From Octopus vulgaris (taxonomy: Eukaryota), in NCBI GenBank assembly GCA_951406725.2, contig OX597817.1, positions 25,296,001 to 25,360,000 of the forward strand: a stretch of 64,000 nt of DNA, written 5' to 3'. Every line of letters starts with the position of its first letter. Within the stretch, counting starts at the first letter, position 1. A program made the translations under genes and the position numbers. Under the pieces are notes generated by a model that was given only the letters and a program-made list of their open reading frames with translations, was not told the DNA's origin and made no database searches. Shown here in pieces: positions 1 to 11,789 of the stretch.

Positions 1-360
1 TACACATAAATACATATGTATATACCACATATAAAACATATTTTGCTTAGCCACCTTCTTTCATATCCTACTCTAAGGGTATTGGTCAAGCTATCATAGT
101 AAAGAACACTTTTCCCATGATGCTGTGCACTGAGATTAAATTTCGAGTCATGTGGTTGAGAAGTAAACTTCTTAACTGCACAACTATTTTTCTATGGCTT
201 TGCAGAATATAAGTTGGATTAATAATTCTTGAAGTTTTAAGAGGTTTCTTTTCCAATATATTTTTCTCTGTGAATTAACTCCATGATAATCTGTGGCCTT
301 TGAAAATTCTATTAAAGAAGGAGGGAAAGAGTAAAGTCAGAGGAAGAAAATGATGATGAC

Positions 361-361
<1 letters not shown>

Positions 362-404
<43 letters not shown>
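362..404. repeat. (GA)n microsatellite
   Basis: Direct reading of the dinucleotide run. Confidence 0.95.
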
Positions 405-406
<2 letters not shown>

Positions 407-988
407 TAGTTCAAGTATGCTGAGAAAATTGAATTGAGCATAGAAAAACATTTACAGACAAAATATTCATTCAATCTCATTCTCTTTTACCTTCATCTTT
501 TCCTCTTCTCTTTATTTCTTTAGAGATGTTTTTCACCCTTCTGTCTATCTTTCTGATTTCAATTTATATCACTGTTGCTTCAGTAATGGGTATAATTTAA
601 TTGTTGAATTATTATATGTAGCACATCAGAACAAAAAAAAACATTCAAGAAATAATCCCATATATGAAATATTAAATATGTACAGATAAGCAAACTAATT
701 ATTATATTGGCTTTAGATGAACAACAAAAACAACAAATGACAGTAACAACAGCTCCAACTACAACAAAATGAATATCAAATTTCATGATATGTTCAATGT
801 AGCCAACATATCTTTCATGTAAATGAGAGCTACACATTTTAAATTCTAGATTTTTCCACAACAAACCCACACTGAAAAATGTAGAAATAATACAGATGAT
901 TGGGTATCTTATAGCATGGCTGTAGTCAGCCTTTTAACCAAGGGTTTGGGTTTCAGTTGCTAAAATGGATTCACCATAAGCCAGCTAA

Positions 989-992
<4 letters not shown>

Positions 993-1031
<39 letters not shown>
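993..1031. repeat. (TA)n microsatellite
   Basis: Direct reading. Confidence 0.95.
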
Positions 1032-1038
<7 letters not shown>

Positions 1039-1538
1039 AAAATCTTAGGGTGGCAAAAATATTTATAGAAAAATTCTTTGCTACCATTGGTCTAGTGAGA
1101 AGGAAAAAATTTAGTCAATAGACTAATTAAACTAATTATTCATAAAAGAATACAATGTACATTCAAACACATAAGAGATAACCGAAAAATAGGATATTTG
1201 ACTCACTAGAAAGAGCAGTTAAAACTCCAAGCCACTAATAGTTGCAATTCTGAAAGGGAATGAAAAATAAAAACATTTACCCTATTTTTCCTAGACTATG
1301 CATAGTTTCTGCAATCTTATATAAATTAAAATAAAATAATTCCAATTTATATCTGGTGCTGCTTCGTCAGTAGGATGCCAGGGATCGAACATATGGATAC
1401 GAAGCGATAAGTAACATGCCACGTGTCTATATGTTATAATTTTTCAAATCCACCGTGCAAATGTGGAACTATCTGGCAGTAAATAAATTGCTGATTTTCT
1501 TTCAAAATTAGCCAAAACACATTTTATTATTAATTAAA
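1032..1538 (-). mobile_element. Probable Penelope-like terminal repeat (pLTR) fragment embedded in (TA)n, carrying a hammerhead motif
   Basis: Non-repetitive block flanked on both sides by (TA)n and containing the HHR at 1289-1375. The PLE link is inferred from the known association of minimal type I HHRs with PLE pLTRs. Confidence 0.5.
1289..1375 (-). ncRNA. Type I hammerhead ribozyme motif with long stem II
   Basis: Minus strand reads UCCUA-CUGACGA-aGCA...AUAUAAAUUGG...UUAAUUUAUAU...UGCa-GAAA-CUAUGCAUAG-UC-UAGGA. Stem I is UCCUA/UAGGA, stem III is the palindrome ACUAUGCAUAGU, and the cleavage triplet is GUC. Confidence 0.7.
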
Positions 1539-1763
1539 TATATATATATATATATCTCAGGGCTTCACAGCACACATCTTCAGTAGGAGTTTTTGTTGCA
1601 CATTTGATTCTATATATATCATGGTTTAAATAGCTGTCATGAAAATATATCAGGTCATCTAAAAATATTAGTTAAAATGGATTATTCAAGTGATATCTGA
1701 TTCTCATCAGATTCACATGAAGAAAGACATTCTATACTCTCTCCTACCTTTAAAAGAGGAAGC

Positions 1764-1808
1764 ATTATCATTATTATTATTATTGTTGTTGTTATTATTA
1801 TTATTATT

Positions 1809-1846
<38 letters not shown>

Positions 1847-1888
1847 TATTATTATTATTATTATTATTATCATTATTATCATTATTAT
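1764..1888. repeat. (ATT)n/(ATC)n compound microsatellite
   Basis: Direct reading; it accounts for ORFs 1682..1927 and 1690..1905. Confidence 0.95.
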
Positions 1889-3233
1889 TTCTTTTACTAT
1901 TGTAACACTGGAATTAAGACTGTTCAATGAGAAACATCTTTTGTTTTGTTATATACAGGTATATAACTTCATACAATGCTTCATGTTCCCTTTTGTAGGT
2001 TTCTAGAATGGTTTTTAAACACTAATGCACTGGAACTAAATACTGTAAACCCTTCTTTCATTGATTCCCTACTGTTCAAAGTATCGACATGAAATTTTGG
2101 GATTTAAGTAAATAATTGGCTATTAGGTCTAACACTTAATCCCTTGTTAATCAGACTGAGCAAACCTATGATCAAAGATATTAACATATCTAGCATTAAT
2201 TTAGCAGATGTGCCCTTCCTTATTTATGATGACAGGTGATTATTTGAAGTAGATTTGACTGCTATTTCTAGTGGCTTAAGGGACGAACAAATGGTCTCCC
2301 TATTTGGCCTGGATTTTCTCAAATGGTTAAATGATTCTTACAGGTGGTCTGATGTAATCAGGTAATAGAGTATTTACTGTTGCAGCAGTAAGGACAATAA
2401 CAGCAGCACCAACAACAACATTAATAATAGGCATAACATTGACTGACAACCCTCTCTTCTATACTTTTGAAACAACCACATCCACTGCTAATTATATCAC
2501 CTTAGTATTGAAAGTAATCATTTACTTTGGCTAGGTATTTAAGAGAATTTATTCCTGACATGATTTTAGTGCTTATTACCACAGTGCATCTATCATTTAC
2601 AAAGCTTGCTTTTTCTTTTAGCCTGTTTGTGGTTCCACTAAATCAGTTGTGTATTTATGGTTTACACTGGAATTTCTACCATTTCCTTTTCTGCATATTG
2701 AGTTAGGTAAATTTTCGTCTGGTTCCAGGATCCTATATTTCTTTTTCTTACTAATATTTTAGCCTTACTAATATTTTAGCTTACTTTGATATTTCTAAAT
2801 TCTAGATTTTGTTTTCACATCTGGAATTTCTTCTCTAATTCTACTATAGATTCACTAGGTTATAAGAGTCCTCAGGGACAGCTGACCTTTGTGGTGGCCT
2901 ACAAAACTCTGTTGAATAAGAGAAGCCAAGTACTTATCTTTTGACTCCTACATGCATGCAAAAATTCATTGCTTAATTAATCACTGACTTTAACTTTGCT
3001 GCTTGCACCAATAAACACAGTTTCTTCTGCCCTCATGAACTGTTCATCAATACTTAGTTTCATTATTCACCACCAGATCATTCAGTGGTATCATGTCAGA
3101 GGTTTTCTGCAAGTCAGTGACTGTAACTTTAAGTGAAGAATTTATTTTGTAATTACCTCACTAGGAAAATTACCTCTGTGGTTATGTCTTGTGGACATAA
3201 AGCCAAAATGCATTTGATATAGGCTAATTCCTT

Positions 3234-3556
3234 ATTTACATTATTTACTTTTGATGGATATTTGTCCTCATCTTGTTTATTTCTAACACAACGTTTCGGC
3301 TAATATACCTGATAGCCTTCATCAGGTGTCTTGGGGAAATTTCGAATCGGGGTTCTCATTCCTAACATATTTTCGATGTTATTATTATCCTCATTATTAT
3401 TATTATTATTATTATTGTTAAGGTCACTGCCTGGAATCGAACTTGGAATCTTGGGGTTAGTAGTGCGCCCTCTTAACCACTACGCTATATGCCTGTCAAA
3501 TGTAAATAATGTAAATTATGTACATAATTCCTCATCTCTTAAATATACAACTCTAT
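3234..3556 (-). mobile_element. Family F tRNA-headed SINE with hammerhead motif; 5'-inverted copy with 14-bp TSD
   Basis: The minus-strand head has A box TAGCGTAGTGG and B box GTTCGATTC (about 3421-3494), followed by an (AAT)n spacer and the HHR. The 3' tail reappears on the plus strand at 3494-3556. TSD TAGGCTAATTCCTT lies at 3220-3233 and 3557-3570. Homologous to 5044-5315. Confidence 0.85.
3285..3330 (-). ncRNA. Minimal type I hammerhead ribozyme inside family F SINE
   Basis: Minus strand reads GACAC-CUGAUGA-a-GGCUA(ucagguauau)UAGCC-GAAAC-GUU-GUGUU. Stem I is GACAC/GUGUU, stem II has 5 bp, and stem III is the loopless palindrome AACGUU. Confidence 0.7.
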
Positions 3557-3775
3557 TAGGCTAATTCCTTTCCTGAAAAATTGTGCAATGACTGTCTGTG
3601 ACATGAATCCATTTTCCATCACACATAACAATACGTTGCAAAAATGGTTCACTTTTATGCCATGACAGCAAATAACAGCAAGTTGAAACTTGTTATTTGA
3701 TGTTCGTTCAGTTCATGTGGTACCCACTTACCCAGCTTCTTTACCTTGCCAATTTGTTTCAGATGGTCCACTATA

Positions 3776-3993
3776 CTCTCTCTCTTTTCTCTCTTTTACT
3801 TGTTTCAGTCATTTGACTGCGGCCATGCTGGAGCACCGCCTTTAGTCGAGCAAATCAACCCCGGGACTTATTCTTTGTAAGCCCAGTACTTATTCTATCA
3901 GTCTCTTTTGCCGAACCGCTAAGTTACGGGGAGGTAAACACACCAGCATCGGTTGTCAAGCAATGCTAGGGGGACAAACACAGATACACAAAC

Positions 3994-4038
<45 letters not shown>

Positions 4039-4201
4039 CGACAGGCTTCTTTCAGTTTCCGTCTACCAAATCCACTCACAAGGCATTGGTCGGCCCGGGG
4101 CTATAGCAGAAGACACTTACCCAAGGTGCCATGCAGTGGGACTGAACCCGGAACCATGTGGTTGGTTAGCAAGCTACTTACCACACAGCCACTCCTGCAC
4201 C
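3776..4201 (-). mobile_element. Family A tRNA-derived SINE, full length
   Basis: Head GGYGCAGGAGTGGCTGTGTGGTAAG, internal (CA)/(TA) repeat, and tail ...GAAACAAGTAAAAGAG. Short CTATA duplication at 3771-3775 and 4201-4205. At least nine homologues in the window. Confidence 0.9.
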
Positions 4202-4446
4202 TATAGTTGAAATCGAAACATCAAACCTTGCTGCAAACTCATGCATAATTTGAGATGTATCTGCTTCCTCTACAGTTTCCAGCTCATCATTATCCACCTC
4301 GATCTCAGGTCTGATTTTTAAGAGTAAAGTCACCAAACTGGAACTTCTCAAGCCATCACCATACAGTGCACTCATTCACCACATTTTCAACAAACACCTC
4401 ATTGATGTTTCAAGTTGTCTGAGATGCATTAGTTCCACAATGGAGC

Positions 4447-4595
4447 GGCGCAGGAGTGGCTGTGTGGTAAGAGACCGATAGAATAAGTACTGGGCTTACA
4501 AAAGAGTAAGTCCCGGGGTTGAGTTGCTCGATTAAAGGCAGTGCTCCAGCATGGCCGCAGTCAAATGACTGAAACAAGTAAAAGAGTAAAAGAGT
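4447..4595 (+). mobile_element. Family A SINE, internally deleted (about 25-nt head fused to 3' tail)
   Basis: Junction GTGTGGTAAG|AGACCGATAG. TSD AATGGA(G/A)C at 4439-4446 and 4596-4603, inside the mariner. Confidence 0.85.
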
Positions 4596-4830
4596 AATGG
4601 AACTCATATTCATAAACAACACAAATTTTTTTATCTATCCATCGGTTCACAAAAATTGATTTACAAGAGAAAACTCAGAATATAATCAGACACCATAAAT
4701 TGCATTTTGAAAAGCGATGTTGTAACTCTTTAATGCTGTAAAACAAAGAATTCTTAGGATAAAACATTAGAGTTAACGACTGTCAAACCTGGTGCATAAG
4801 AAAATCGAACATTTCATTCTTAATGACCTG

Positions 4831-4832
<2 letters not shown>

Positions 4833-4863
<31 letters not shown>

Positions 4864-4873
4864 TGTATGTATG

Positions 4874-4907
<34 letters not shown>

Positions 4908-5035
4908 TGTATGTTTGTATGTATGTATGTATGCATGTATGTGTGTGTGTATGTATGTATATGTACAAACGTATATACATGAATGTATGTGTATATATAT
5001 ATATTTATATATATATATTTATATATATATATACA
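4833..5035. repeat. (TATG)n/(TA)n compound microsatellite
   Basis: Direct reading. Confidence 0.95.
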
Positions 5036-5043
5036 TGCCCACA

Positions 5044-5315
5044 GGCATATGGTGAAGTGATTAAGAGTGCGGGCTACTAGCCCCAAGATTCCAAATTCGA
5101 TTCCTGGCAGTGACCTGAATAATAATGATAATAATAATAACATCGAAAAATACCTTAGGAATGAGAATCCAGGTTCGAAATTTTCCCAAGACACCTGATG
5201 AAGGCTGGAGGGTATATCAGCTGAAACATTATGTTAACAACAAACAAGATGAGAGCAAATATCCGTCAAATGTAAATAATGTATATAATCCCTAAACTCT
5301 TAAATATAAAACTGT
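5044..5315 (+). mobile_element. Family F tRNA-headed SINE with decayed hammerhead (5190-5235)
   Basis: Collinear with the reverse complement of 3234-3494 plus the tail. The motif GACAC CTGATGA a GGCTGG...TCAGCT GAAAC ATT ATGTT shows CpG-type decay relative to the 3285 copy. Confidence 0.85.
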
Positions 5316-5323
5316 ATTATACA

Positions 5324-5380
<57 letters not shown>

Positions 5381-6056
5381 CTATGCATGTAAACGTAAAC
5401 ATGCGTTTGTGTTTTTACAATGTCATTAAGCACAGTTATTCTCTACTAAATTTCACTTAGATGGTTTTGCTCAACCTGACTTTTTGGGTGAAAAGACTTG
5501 TCCATGCTGATGTACTATAGGAATGAAACCAGTACTCCGTGACCATAAAGCAGCCTTATAAACCACATGACCATATCAGCACACCAGGTTATTATGTGTG
5601 TTAGAGACGATTGTCCTCTTGGATCAGAGACCACTTTGTTGTAGATAAATTTTTCCACCATCGATTTTGAACTCAGGCAAGCAAAGTAATGAAACTATTT
5701 TACAGTTCTGCTGTTGCTACTGTTTTATAGAGGATGACCTAGATCATGTTACATCGTAGCAGCAAAATGCTTTTACAATAAGTCAATGCAATATTTTGGA
5801 ATCGTACTTTGATTTGAAATGGCATGTCAGAACAGAAGCAATTTACACTGTGGAAGAGACATTTGAGTAATCTAAAAGTACAAAAACTGTTACATTCACA
5901 TTTTATATGTTTCTTAGGTGTCAAAATTTTTGTTCTACTTCTGTGACTGGACCACTGGCACATCTCTCCTACAATTCATTGAAATCATTACTGTGTCTAG
6001 ATGAGAAGAATGTTTAAATACAAATATTAGGTTAAGTTATATATCACGGTGCATAG

Positions 6057-6391
6057 TGAAGGCGCATGGCTCAGTGGTTAGAGCGTCGAGCTTACGATCG
6101 TGAGGTTGTGAGCTCGAATCCTGGACCGGGCTGTGTGTTGTGTTCTTGAGCAAGGCACTTTATTTCACGTTGCTCCAGTTCGCTCAGCTGTAGAAATGAG
6201 TTGCGACGTCACGAGTGCCAAGCTGTATCGACCTTTGTCTTTCCCTTGGATAACACTGGTGGCGTGGAGAGGGGAGGCTGGTATGCATGGGCGACTGCTG
6301 GTCTTCCATAAACAACCTTGCCCGGACTTGTGTCTAGGAGGGTAACTTTCTAGATGCAATCCCATAGTCATTCATGACCGAAGGGGTCTTT
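6057..6391 (+). mobile_element. Family D tRNA-derived SINE
   Basis: A box TGGCTCAGTGG and B-box-like GCTCGAATCC, then a TTCTTGAGCAAGGCACTT domain. Homologue at 46257. Confidence 0.9.
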
Positions 6392-8640
6392 AAAAAAAAA
6401 AAAGTGTATAATTTACTAGTTGTATTTTAATCAAAGTATCTTCACATTCTGTGTGTGAAAGAATGTCTGTAAGTTACATTTTCTGAATCAGACAACAGCA
6501 TGGCTTGGTTACAATAAAAGTGTAGTGATAATTATAAATAAATTTAAAATAACTGAGAATATGTTCTCATTAATTTTCTCAGTAATGAGAATATGTTCTC
6601 ACTAATTTTTGAATTTAGACTCAAAATAATTCTCAGAGTATGACAAGCATGTATTTACTTACACATAAGGCATTTGTTAAGTTACTGTGAGGTGTTTTCT
6701 GAAATCTACAATTCTTGGAATATGGGAATTTTTGCTAGCTCCCTGGGGATATCTTAGTTCTGTCAGAATGATCCCCTGTTCTTTCTGACATTGTAGACAT
6801 TGTGAGGTATCTCTCATGACTTTCACATATAGCATAGCAAATTCTGTGAGAATATAGAAAAGAAATAAGAGATATAAAGTGGGAGAGAGAAGAAGGAGTC
6901 CCTGAGATTGACAGATAGTTCATTTATTGACACCCCTAGGTGATATGAAAAGCAAAGGTGACTTTGATTTGATTTGAACTTGAACAAATACCACAGAGCA
7001 TTATATCTGACATTCTAATGTGAGGTATATTGTTTAATCATCTTCAGGCATGCTTAGGCATCTTTGATGGTTAGATAGTCTTCTTCTCATCAGACTATTT
7101 AGTAATCTATATGACACACAAAGAAATGGCGTACCTATTCTAAACTGTAAAGTTTTCAATTGCGTAACAAAGGTGTGAGCAAATGATGCTTAGAATTTGA
7201 ATGAAATCTATATTACAATTTTCTATTTATGAATTTTATTTCACTTTAGTATGTAGTAAGTCTTATTTTTTATTTAACTATTATGTAAACATGTTCAATA
7301 CACATGAGCTTGTTTATTTCTTCACGTGTAGTTATAAACATATTGAATGTGTAAGCACTTGGACTAAAATTGACTATGTTAAGAAACTATTGAATTCAAT
7401 CAGAAAAGTTAATTCAAGGTATCTTAATTATCCTAACTGAGTATAAGAAGTAGAAAATCTGTTTCTAATGTTTCAGTAGTAAAGCAAAATTCTGTGCATA
7501 TGCTCATGTGCATGCACATAGGCATGTATGCACCTTTAATGATTTAAAAGAGTAAGACTCTAGAGCAAAAGAGCAAGGTAAAATTAACAGATAAAATTTT
7601 TGAAAAATTAATTAAAATAAATTGTTAATGAACTAACAAGTAGAACATAAATAACAATTATGGGATTTAATTTACTCAACTGCATCCAAAAATTATTTAC
7701 ATATTAACAAATAACATAAAATTAAATAAAGAAAAAGAAATGAATTGAAAGATAGCTAATATAGTCATCATTTGATTCCATAATATCTAACCAGATTTTA
7801 AATCAATAATTTTCAAAAATTTTCTTATTTATTTATTTATTTATTTATTCATTTATTCATATATTTTTATATTTCAATCTCATTTTATTATATTTTATTT
7901 TGTTCTTGTTATTATTCTTGTATCAGCTTAATTCCTCTTCTCCTCTATCAAATTCAAAATTTTACAAAACTACATAAAATTTCTCCTAGAACTAACAACT
8001 AATTTGGTTTTCAAAATATATTTATAAACACTATTAGTATTAAAACCCATATCAAAACAAATGTTACATTTGCCTAAAGCACAAGATTTTTCTTCATAAA
8101 AGAAGCCATTTCAATTTTGTTAGAATAGAAGCTATTTTTGTTTTTATCTTGCTATATCTTTCAAAGAAAAGAAATAGGAATAAGATTTACAAATGATAAC
8201 TTCAAAATAAATCATTCTTTTATCAGAATTATAAAATACCAATTTGCTCAAAGAGACTTTTCTTTATCTCCTTTTTATTTTGGCTTAGTATTTTCATTTA
8301 CATCCATTTTATGGCTATTATTTTTGTTTTTCTTATCTTTGCATGAGTTGGCCAGGTTTATAAATTCTGATGTTACATGTGTTCTAGGAGTATGAATGAA
8401 TGAATCAATGCTTCATCTAATTCATAGAATTTTAAAACTTGTGTTAATTGCTTAAAACAAATAATACTCTTATGGGAGGAGAGGACAGAAAAAATGTTAT
8501 AATGTTTATGCTTTTTCCAAGAGCAATCTGAATTTACTGACAGGAAAGTATATATAGCCAAACAGAGGAAGAGGCCTACAAACTCAGCTCACTGGAAGTT
8601 TATCATTTGTAATTGTTCTCTGTCTCTTTCTGTCTGTCTG

Positions 8641-8644
<4 letters not shown>

Positions 8645-8688
<44 letters not shown>
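8645..8688. repeat. (TC)n microsatellite
   Basis: Direct reading. Confidence 0.95.
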
Positions 8689-8690
<2 letters not shown>

Positions 8691-9303
8691 CTCTCTTTCT
8701 TTCTCTCTATTCACACATTTTATTTTTTAATTTAAAATCAAAAACATGAGATTCTTTATAAGGTGCTTTAACCAAATCCATTTCCATAATTTCTACAAAA
8801 AAAATGGAAGTCTACATCAGATAATGAACATTTATGGATCATAAAGCCTTGCACTATGTAAACTGGAATAATTACAACAGGAAATTTCTTGATGATAAGT
8901 TTACTAATTAGAGCAGGTGTCAGATCAACCTACAATAATTGCTTCCTAAATCTTTCAGTTCCCAAGACAGTTCTGCTAAAGGGAACATGACTTGTTCCTA
9001 GATGGAAGTTGAAATATTAAAAAATAGGGGTAGCAATTAGAACACAGTTCATAGTTGCATTATGTGATGGTTGCAAATATGTTTGATGGGATTAACAAGT
9101 TGAATTTGCAGCCACATGGTTTCAAGTTTAACCCTATTGCATGGTGACTTGAACAAGTGTCTTCTACTACAGCGTTGAGTTGATTGTCTTGTGTGTAGAA
9201 TTTGGGCGATGGAAACTGTCTGGAAGCCTATTGCATTTACATACAAGCATACATATTTATTGACTTCTTGGCTAAAATTGAAGTGTAGTATCCATTCTTA
9301 TCA

Positions 9304-9307
<4 letters not shown>

Positions 9308-9363
<56 letters not shown>

Positions 9364-9391
9364 TATATACATATATATATACACACATATA

Positions 9392-9427
<36 letters not shown>

Positions 9428-9476
9428 TCTATATGTATGTGTGGATATATATATATATATATACATATATATATAC

Positions 9477-9549
<73 letters not shown>

Positions 9550-9614
9550 TATAAATGTATGTATATATGTGTGTGTGTGTACATATATACATATATATAT
9601 GTGTGAGTGTGTGA

Positions 9615-9686
<72 letters not shown>
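9308..9686. repeat. Long compound (TA)/(TATG)/(TG) microsatellite
   Basis: Direct reading; it accounts for the 185-aa and 170-aa YIYI ORFs. Confidence 0.95.
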
Positions 9687-9690
<4 letters not shown>

Positions 9691-11052
9691 TCACATTTGT
9701 GCAAATGCATTTAGAATTGTATATCAGTTGAATAAAGTTAAAACATAAAATGAACAAACAGGGAAGAAATGAACAATGATGCAATGCAGAAAGTTAACAT
9801 ACTGATATATATATATATATATATTTATATTTTTGTGTGTGTATAATGTAAGCAACTAATGTTCAGAACTATCATCATGCTATCAACTAACGTATGTAGT
9901 TATGACGTACTGAACAAAATTAGAAACACACACACATACACGTACACACACACACAACAGCTGTGTAATTATTATAACTTTATTCTAAAACTTTTAGTGG
10001 TATTTCGAAAAATATGAAAAATGCAACTATATGTAATCAAATATTATTGTTGTTATCTCAACAAACAATCATTTAATTTCCCTCATATCACTTCCTTTTT
10101 TTCTAATAATTTGAATATAAAATTACTAGGATTTTCTGATCCTCCATTTACCTACAACTATTAATGTCATTACAAAATGCTTTTTTCTATTTGGGAATGC
10201 CATCATTCATGTATTCATGTAGTTTCTTCTTTGTAGCTACCATGTTGAAATATTTTGTAATAAACCATATAATCCCATTTAATACCATGGAGTATTTCCA
10301 CCAGAGTGAAATTTATCATGGGATTATCTGGAATCATATAAAATTATCTCTTGAAAATAACTTTTCATAATGGGAAACAGTTTTGTTAAATGGTCAACAT
10401 ACTCTATGATTATTATTGAATACATCTACTAGTAAGACACCCTACAAAAACTTTGTTTCATTTTTATAAATACTTGTTATGAATTAAAACACCCCATTTG
10501 ATTTCCCAAGTCAGCAACGGTGTATCTGCATCGTTATGTATGCAATTCAAAATTGGAATCACAAGTAGAATGCATAGAAATGCTTGAGGCTAATCCCTAA
10601 CACTCTCACATCTAATTCAAATCTGGAAAAGAAGAAACATCTCTCACTCTACATTTATGATGAACACCAAACTATCTCACTTCCTCATGCTGTATGATTA
10701 ATCCAGATTGAAACAGTAGATAGTTTAGCTGTGGCTTAAGAAAATCACAAAATAGATTGAAACTGTTTCAGTTATGTTGATATACCCATGCTTACATCTG
10801 ATGGACTAACCCTAATGTGGAGAATCTCAAAAGAACATTCATTACTTTGCAGATAAAAAAGAAATGCAAATGTTTAAATAAACACAATGCTTTATTGCAA
10901 TCACTTTAAATCCTTGATTGGTTGCATAATGTCAACTTTATAATTAAAATCAATGTGAACATGAAAATTAATATATTTAGTATTGTAGTTGTTTTAGAGT
11001 AAAAATACTCAACTAGATGAAATGTTTTTATCTTTTCAATCTTTCATACATA

Positions 11053-11680
11053 CATTCATTCACCATTAACACTTTAAATGTAGTTTACTATTTAAATGCA
11101 CTGTTTACTAACAGCTAATATTTCTCAGAAGCTAACTAATTAAATTAGGATAATTACTCGTTTCTTGGCCTGTTTAATTTCTAATTTCTCATTTCTCTAG
11201 TTTAATTTCTTATCTGCCATGAACACTATGGATGCATTCTATTCTAAACACTCCTGCTACTTTCGTTCCCTGTACCATTTTCTCTAAACTCACTTCTGGT
11301 TGCATCTATCTGTTTAAAAATCCTTGTCGCATGTGTTCCCTACCATTCAATTCTCTCACGTATTCTTGCCCAGTTGCCAAATGATGATTATGCATTGCTA
11401 AGCTAAGACTCGCATTTTTTGATCCTTCATTCATTCGCCATTACACTTTAAATGTATTGTTTACTATTTAAATGTACTATTTACTAACAGTTAATTTTTC
11501 TCAGAAGCTAACTAATTAAATTAGGATAATTACTCATTTCTTGGCCTGTTTAATTTCTAATTTCTCGTTTCTCTAGTTTCATTTCTCATCCGCCATGAAC
11601 ACTATGAATGTATTCTATACTAAACACTCCTGCTACTTTCGTTCATTCCTCATACCATCTCCCCAAATTAAACTCGCTTG
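11053..11680. repeat. Diverged direct duplication of about 240 bp (period about 375 bp)
   Basis: CATTCATTC...CTCAGAAGCTAACTAATTAAATTAGGATAATTACTC...AAACACTCCTGCTACTTTCGTTC occurs at about 11053-11290 and about 11428-11680. Confidence 0.85.
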
Positions 11681-11789
11681 TTCTCACAGTGTGCCCACCC
11701 TGTCCTGCCCCACCACCAATACCGGATATCTCGATCTCTATCTATCTTCTCACCATCTACACCGGATATCTATCTCCTCCCACCACCAT

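Larger units (their letters stand above)
3585..4832 (-). mobile_element. Decayed mariner 5' half, interrupted by two SINE insertions
   Basis: Minus-strand translation gives EYEFHCGTNASQTT*NINEVF, RPEIEVDNDELETVEEAD...FDVSISTI and LDHLKQIGKVKKLGKWVPHELNE...IVMCDGKWI (WVPHEL and TCDEKW-like motifs). A TIR-like end ATCAGGTCATT lies near 4832. Confidence 0.8.

Noticed and set aside
580-874. 96-aa minus-strand ORF and a possible terminal exon (CAG|TGTGGG, 839-871, CGFVVEKSRI*)
   Set aside because: No recognisable homology and no linked upstream exons; an acceptor-like sequence alone is insufficient.
1556-1590. CTGAAGA on the minus strand with a TCCTA flank; similar weak hits near 23870 and 51615
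   Set aside because: No convincing stem II plus GAAA plus stem I closure.
6057-6135. tRNA-like heads at 6057, 41884, 44800 and 46257 as real tRNA genes
   Set aside because: They continue into SINE bodies, several have TSDs, and they lack intact cloverleaf acceptor stems.
6552-6610. Duplicated palindromic TGAGAATATGTTCTCA unit
   Set aside because: A small slippage or template-switch duplication with no evidence of function.
9191-9784. Long ORFs of 185 and 170 aa, and many similar YIYI, MYVC or HTHT ORFs elsewhere
   Set aside because: They are stop-free translations of microsatellites, not genes.
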